A stretch of 10,008 nt of DNA from Nitrospinota bacterium (GTDB lineage Bacteria > Nitrospinota > Nitrospinia > Nitrospinales > VA-1): NCBI GenBank assembly GCA_038108555.1, contig JAYNIA010000071.1:1-10008 (forward strand). The letters run 5' to 3'. Below the pieces are notes generated by a model that saw nothing but the letters and a program-made list of their open reading frames with translations, was not told where the DNA came from and ran no database searches. Within the stretch, counting starts at the first letter, position 1. Every line of letters starts with the position of its first letter. A program made the translations under genes and the position numbers. Shown piece by piece: positions 7,050 to 10,008 of the stretch.

Positions 7050-7179
7050 TATTTGAGATTTTTTATGTGAGGTTGGGATTTATCAAAGGGGGCGGTGCAA
7101 TGAAAATTTTGAATCAAAGTTTAGAATATTGAATGATAAAAAGTAGATGTTTCCTCCAAATTTAGAAATTTGATGCTTT

Positions 7180-8133
7180 ATGGAAAATAAAATAAAAATC
7201 GGTGTCAGCAGTTGCCTGGTCGGCGAAAAGGTTCGCTGGAACGGTGACCATAAACAAAACCATTACGTTCGCGAAATCCTTGCCGATTATTTTGAATATG
7301 TTTCCGTGTGTCCGGAGATGGAGGTGGGAATGGGAGTCCCCCGTGAAACGGTGGCTCTTTATGGCGATCTTGAAAAACAGCAGATGATCAGCAGGAAATC
7401 GCAAACGGATTGGACCCGGCCCATGCAGAAATATACCAAGGGAAAGATGACTTCTCTGTCCCGTGACGGACTTTGTGGTTTCATCTTTAAAAGTAAATCT
7501 CCCTCCTGCGGTTTGGGACGGGTTCCCATTTATACCGAGTTTGGAAGCGATAAGGTCCGGCATGGTGCCGGCATGTTTGCGGGCGCGTTCCAGGGAAAAT
7601 TTCCGCTGGTTCCCACCGAAGATGAAGGAAGATTGAACGATTCCAAAATCCGCGAAAATTTCATCGTTAAAGTTTTCAGCTATTATCGACTGCAAAACCT
7701 GTACAGGAAAAGCTTTTCGGTGGGAGCCCTCGTAAAATTTCATACGCAGCACAAATTTTTGTTGCTGGCGCATAGCCGGAAACATTATGACCAGTTGGGG
7801 CAACTGGTGGCAAAATCAAAATCTATCAGCAAAGAAAAGCTCAGGGAGAGGTACGGAAAAACTTTTATGGAAGCGTTGTCTGTAAAATCTACTCCAAAAA
7901 AAAACACCGATGTGTTACTGCATATGATGGGATTTTTTAAAAAAATCCTGAGTAAAGGAGAGAAAGCGGATATCCTTAACACCATCGAAGATTACCGGAA
8001 GGAACTCGTGCCATTGATTGTTCCGGTCACGTTGATTCGGCACCAGGTGAACAAACACGATATAGAATATTTAAAAGACCAGGTTTATCTGAATCCGCAC
8101 CCGAAAGAACTCATGCTTCGCAACCATGTTTGA
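7180..8133 (+). CDS. DUF523 (TudS, 2-thiouracil desulfidase-like) + DUF1722 (YbgA-like) fusion; RudS-like tRNA 4-thiouridine desulfidase candidate
   Basis: TudS [4Fe-4S] Cys motifs GVSSC12LVG, VC44PEME and KSPSC110G, plus EDEGRLND. C-terminal DUF1722 motifs FHTQHKFLLLAHS, LLHMMGFFKK and YLNPHPKELMLRNHV. An in-frame TGA at 7171-7173 fixes the start. Confidence 0.92.
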   Translation: MENKIKIGVSSCLVGEKVRWNGDHKQNHYVREILADYFEYVSVCPEMEVGMGVPRETVALYGDLEKQQMISRKSQTDWTRPMQKYTKGKMTSLSRDGLCGFIFKSKSPSCGLGRVPIYTEFGSDKVRHGAGMFAGAFQGKFPLVPTEDEGRLNDSKIRENFIVKVFSYYRLQNLYRKSFSVGALVKFHTQHKFLLLAHSRKHYDQLGQLVAKSKSISKEKLRERYGKTFMEALSVKSTPKKNTDVLLHMMGFFKKILSKGEKADILNTIEDYRKELVPLIVPVTLIRHQVNKHDIEYLKDQVYLNPHPKELMLRNHV

Positions 8134-8964
8134 TCAGCCCACACGTCCTTTGAAAAACGGATTGTGTTTTTTCTCCTGTCCCACAGTAGTGGCGGGACCA
8201 TGACCGGGGTGAATGGCGGTGTCATCTGGCAGACGTAAAACTTTTTTCGTGATGGAATCGAAAAGATCACTCCAGGAAGAATTGGCACGTCCCATCGAGC
8301 CGGCGAAAATAACATCTCCTGAAATCAAAGTTTTATTGATCAGGTAAGAGACCCCTCCCAAAGTATGTCCGGGAGTTTCCAGACAATTTATTTTCAATTT
8401 GCCCAGGGTAATTTCATCGCCTTCCTTCACAACTATAAAGTTGCTGCTTCCACTGGGTTTGGGTTCCTTGTGGTCGATATAGGTGGGACATTCAAAAGCA
8501 CTGCTCAGTTGTCCCAGTCCACCGGCGTGGTCCGGGTGCGCATGGGTCAACAAAATCTTACTTGGTCGAACCCCCATCTCTTTGGCTTTGGCGATGATGG
8601 TTTTGGGGTTGGCACCGGTATCCACTACCGCCGTTTCACCCGTTTCCTTGCAACGCACTAGAAAGCAGTTGACCGGGTACTCGCCCATAAAAACATTCAG
8701 GGTAACCAGATCAAAATCGGGATCATAAGCGGGGGCTTCAGGTTCCCATTGCTCTTTGGCAATATCGATTAGAGCCGGTCCGTCCAGGTCGAGAGCTTGT
8801 GCGAGTTTTAAAACGTCTGCATCATCGGGAGTCAGTTGATAGCTTTCTATTTTTTGGAGATCGTTGTCCTGAAGGTCTGTGGCCTTGACCAGATCGCTTC
8901 GCGACCAGTCTTTTCCGTCCCGCGCTTTTTGTAAAATATCTCCCAATTCATCTTCAAGCGGCAT
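8134..8964 (-). CDS. Metallo-beta-lactamase-fold hydrolase (glyoxalase II/YcbL-like) with an N-terminal XRE-like helix-turn-helix
   Basis: Metal-binding motifs THAHPDH, TPGHT, SGD and HPGHG. N-terminal ~70 aa follow an XRE pattern (GDILQKAR...WSRSDLVKAT...IES...LAQALDL). AAGGAG SD. Confidence 0.9.
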   Translation of the reverse strand: MPLEDELGDILQKARDGKDWSRSDLVKATDLQDNDLQKIESYQLTPDDADVLKLAQALDLDGPALIDIAKEQWEPEAPAYDPDFDLVTLNVFMGEYPVNCFLVRCKETGETAVVDTGANPKTIIAKAKEMGVRPSKILLTHAHPDHAGGLGQLSSAFECPTYIDHKEPKPSGSSNFIVVKEGDEITLGKLKINCLETPGHTLGGVSYLINKTLISGDVIFAGSMGRANSSWSDLFDSITKKVLRLPDDTAIHPGHGPATTVGQEKKHNPFFKGRVG

Positions 8965-8979
8965 ACCTTTCTTCTCCTT

Positions 8980-9867
8980 TTATTTCATTCGTCCTTTGAA
9001 CACCAGTTCTGCAATTCCTGACTTGTCCAGTTCTCCCTTGCCGATACTTACCAGTCTCCGGTACTGGTCAAAAGTGACTTTTGCGAGCGGCAACTCCAAT
9101 CCTTCCGATTGTGCCAGATTGAGGGCGATTCCTGAATCCTTTGCAGCATGGGTTCCGGAAAAATAACATTCGTGATCCCGATTCTGCATGTCTTCCCCAT
9201 CGGTTTCTAGTACCCGCGATGCCGCCCCGGTTTGGCTGAAGACTTCGCGAAGCATGGTGAGGTCGAGTCCGAGCGCATCACCGAGTCCCAACCCCTCCGC
9301 AAGCGCGGCGGTGTTGCAGTTCATCACCATGTTGACGAGAGCTTTCACCTTCGCGGCATCACCTGCCGGACCCACATAACGAAGTTGCGAGCTCAGGTCT
9401 TCAAGAATGGAACGGGCCTTTTCAAAAACCGGTTTCTTCCCGCCACACATGAGATACAGCGTTCCTTCCCGTGCCTGGGTGATACTGCTAGCCATTAATG
9501 CTTCGAGATTGCTGCCGCCACTTTTTTCGACCCGTTCTTCTGCCATGATATGGGCATCAGGAGTGACCGTGGCGAAGTTGATGAACAGTTTGTCCTTTGC
9601 ATGGTTGAGCAGGCTTGCGGAATCCGATTCCGAATAGATCTCGTCCATCGACGTGTCATCGGTAACTATTGTTAGGATAACGTCGCTGAGTTCCGCAACA
9701 CGTGCTGGGGTGGAAGCGGCTTCGCATCCCAACTCCTTCGCTAAAGATTCCGCTGCTGGTGCATGGCGATCCTGAACTGCTGGGATGTTGTATCCCTTGT
9801 CCTTGAGACGTCGTGCCATATTGGCTCCCATCCGCCCCACACCCACAAAACCGATACGACTTTTCAT
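8980..9867 (-). CDS. NAD(P)-dependent beta-hydroxyacid dehydrogenase family protein (3-hydroxyisobutyrate/tartronate semialdehyde reductase-like)
   Basis: GFVGVGRMGANMA dinucleotide-binding motif, catalytic-Lys segment AAKVKALVN, AEGLGLG and AAKD motifs. 15-nt gap to the MBL gene suggests an operon. Confidence 0.9.
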   Translation of the reverse strand: MKSRIGFVGVGRMGANMARRLKDKGYNIPAVQDRHAPAAESLAKELGCEAASTPARVAELSDVILTIVTDDTSMDEIYSESDSASLLNHAKDKLFINFATVTPDAHIMAEERVEKSGGSNLEALMASSITQAREGTLYLMCGGKKPVFEKARSILEDLSSQLRYVGPAGDAAKVKALVNMVMNCNTAALAEGLGLGDALGLDLTMLREVFSQTGAASRVLETDGEDMQNRDHECYFSGTHAAKDSGIALNLAQSEGLELPLAKVTFDQYRRLVSIGKGELDKSGIAELVFKGRMK

Positions 9868-10008
9868 AATTTATAATTTCCTTTTACTCGATAAAAAAGA
9901 ATTATCTATTTATACCAGATTCATTCTTTTTAAGCAGGGTGGAATTCAAAATGGTTGAGTTTCCCCGGGCGTATTTTTTCGCAGATTGAAAATGTTTTGC
10001 AGCTTCTG

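Noticed and set aside
7896..7904. A9 tract in the DUF523-DUF1722 gene (also T10 at 1561-1570) as phase-variation sites
   Set aside because: The frame is intact, and such runs are expected in AT-rich, Lys-rich sequence.
8134..8964. Antibiotic-resistance metallo-beta-lactamase
   Set aside because: There is no signal peptide, and the motifs fit the glyoxalase II/YcbL-like cytoplasmic group.
566..9637. Remaining short or antisense ORFs in the track (e.g. 566-862, 4105-4530, 7162-7803, 8365-8661, 8879-9166, 9232-9498)
   Set aside because: They are shadow frames of genes with clear family motifs and have no independent support.

Overview
AT-rich bacterial DNA. The centre is a divergent gene cluster that looks like a light/oxidative-stress module. 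On the minus strand, in transcription order: a His-rich secreted tandem-repeat protein interrupted by one in-frame TAA (6099-6794), a secreted hypothetical protein, a CarH/LitR-type MerR regulator whose B12 lower-ligand His is replaced by Tyr, a structured intergenic element, a secreted 1-Cys Tpx-type peroxiredoxin, a 55-aa basic ORF missing from the ORF track, a TIGR01777 SDR fused to an SRPBCC domain, and a Blc lipocalin. On the plus strand is a DUF523-DUF1722 (TudS-fusion/RudS-like) gene. To the left are two tandem paralogous secreted proteins with beta/gamma-crystallin-like motifs. To the right is a convergent two-gene operon: a beta-hydroxyacid dehydrogenase-family enzyme and an HTH-fused metallo-beta-lactamase-fold hydrolase. 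I found no RNA genes, CRISPR arrays or mobile elements. All family calls come from motifs recognised by eye; no database search was run.
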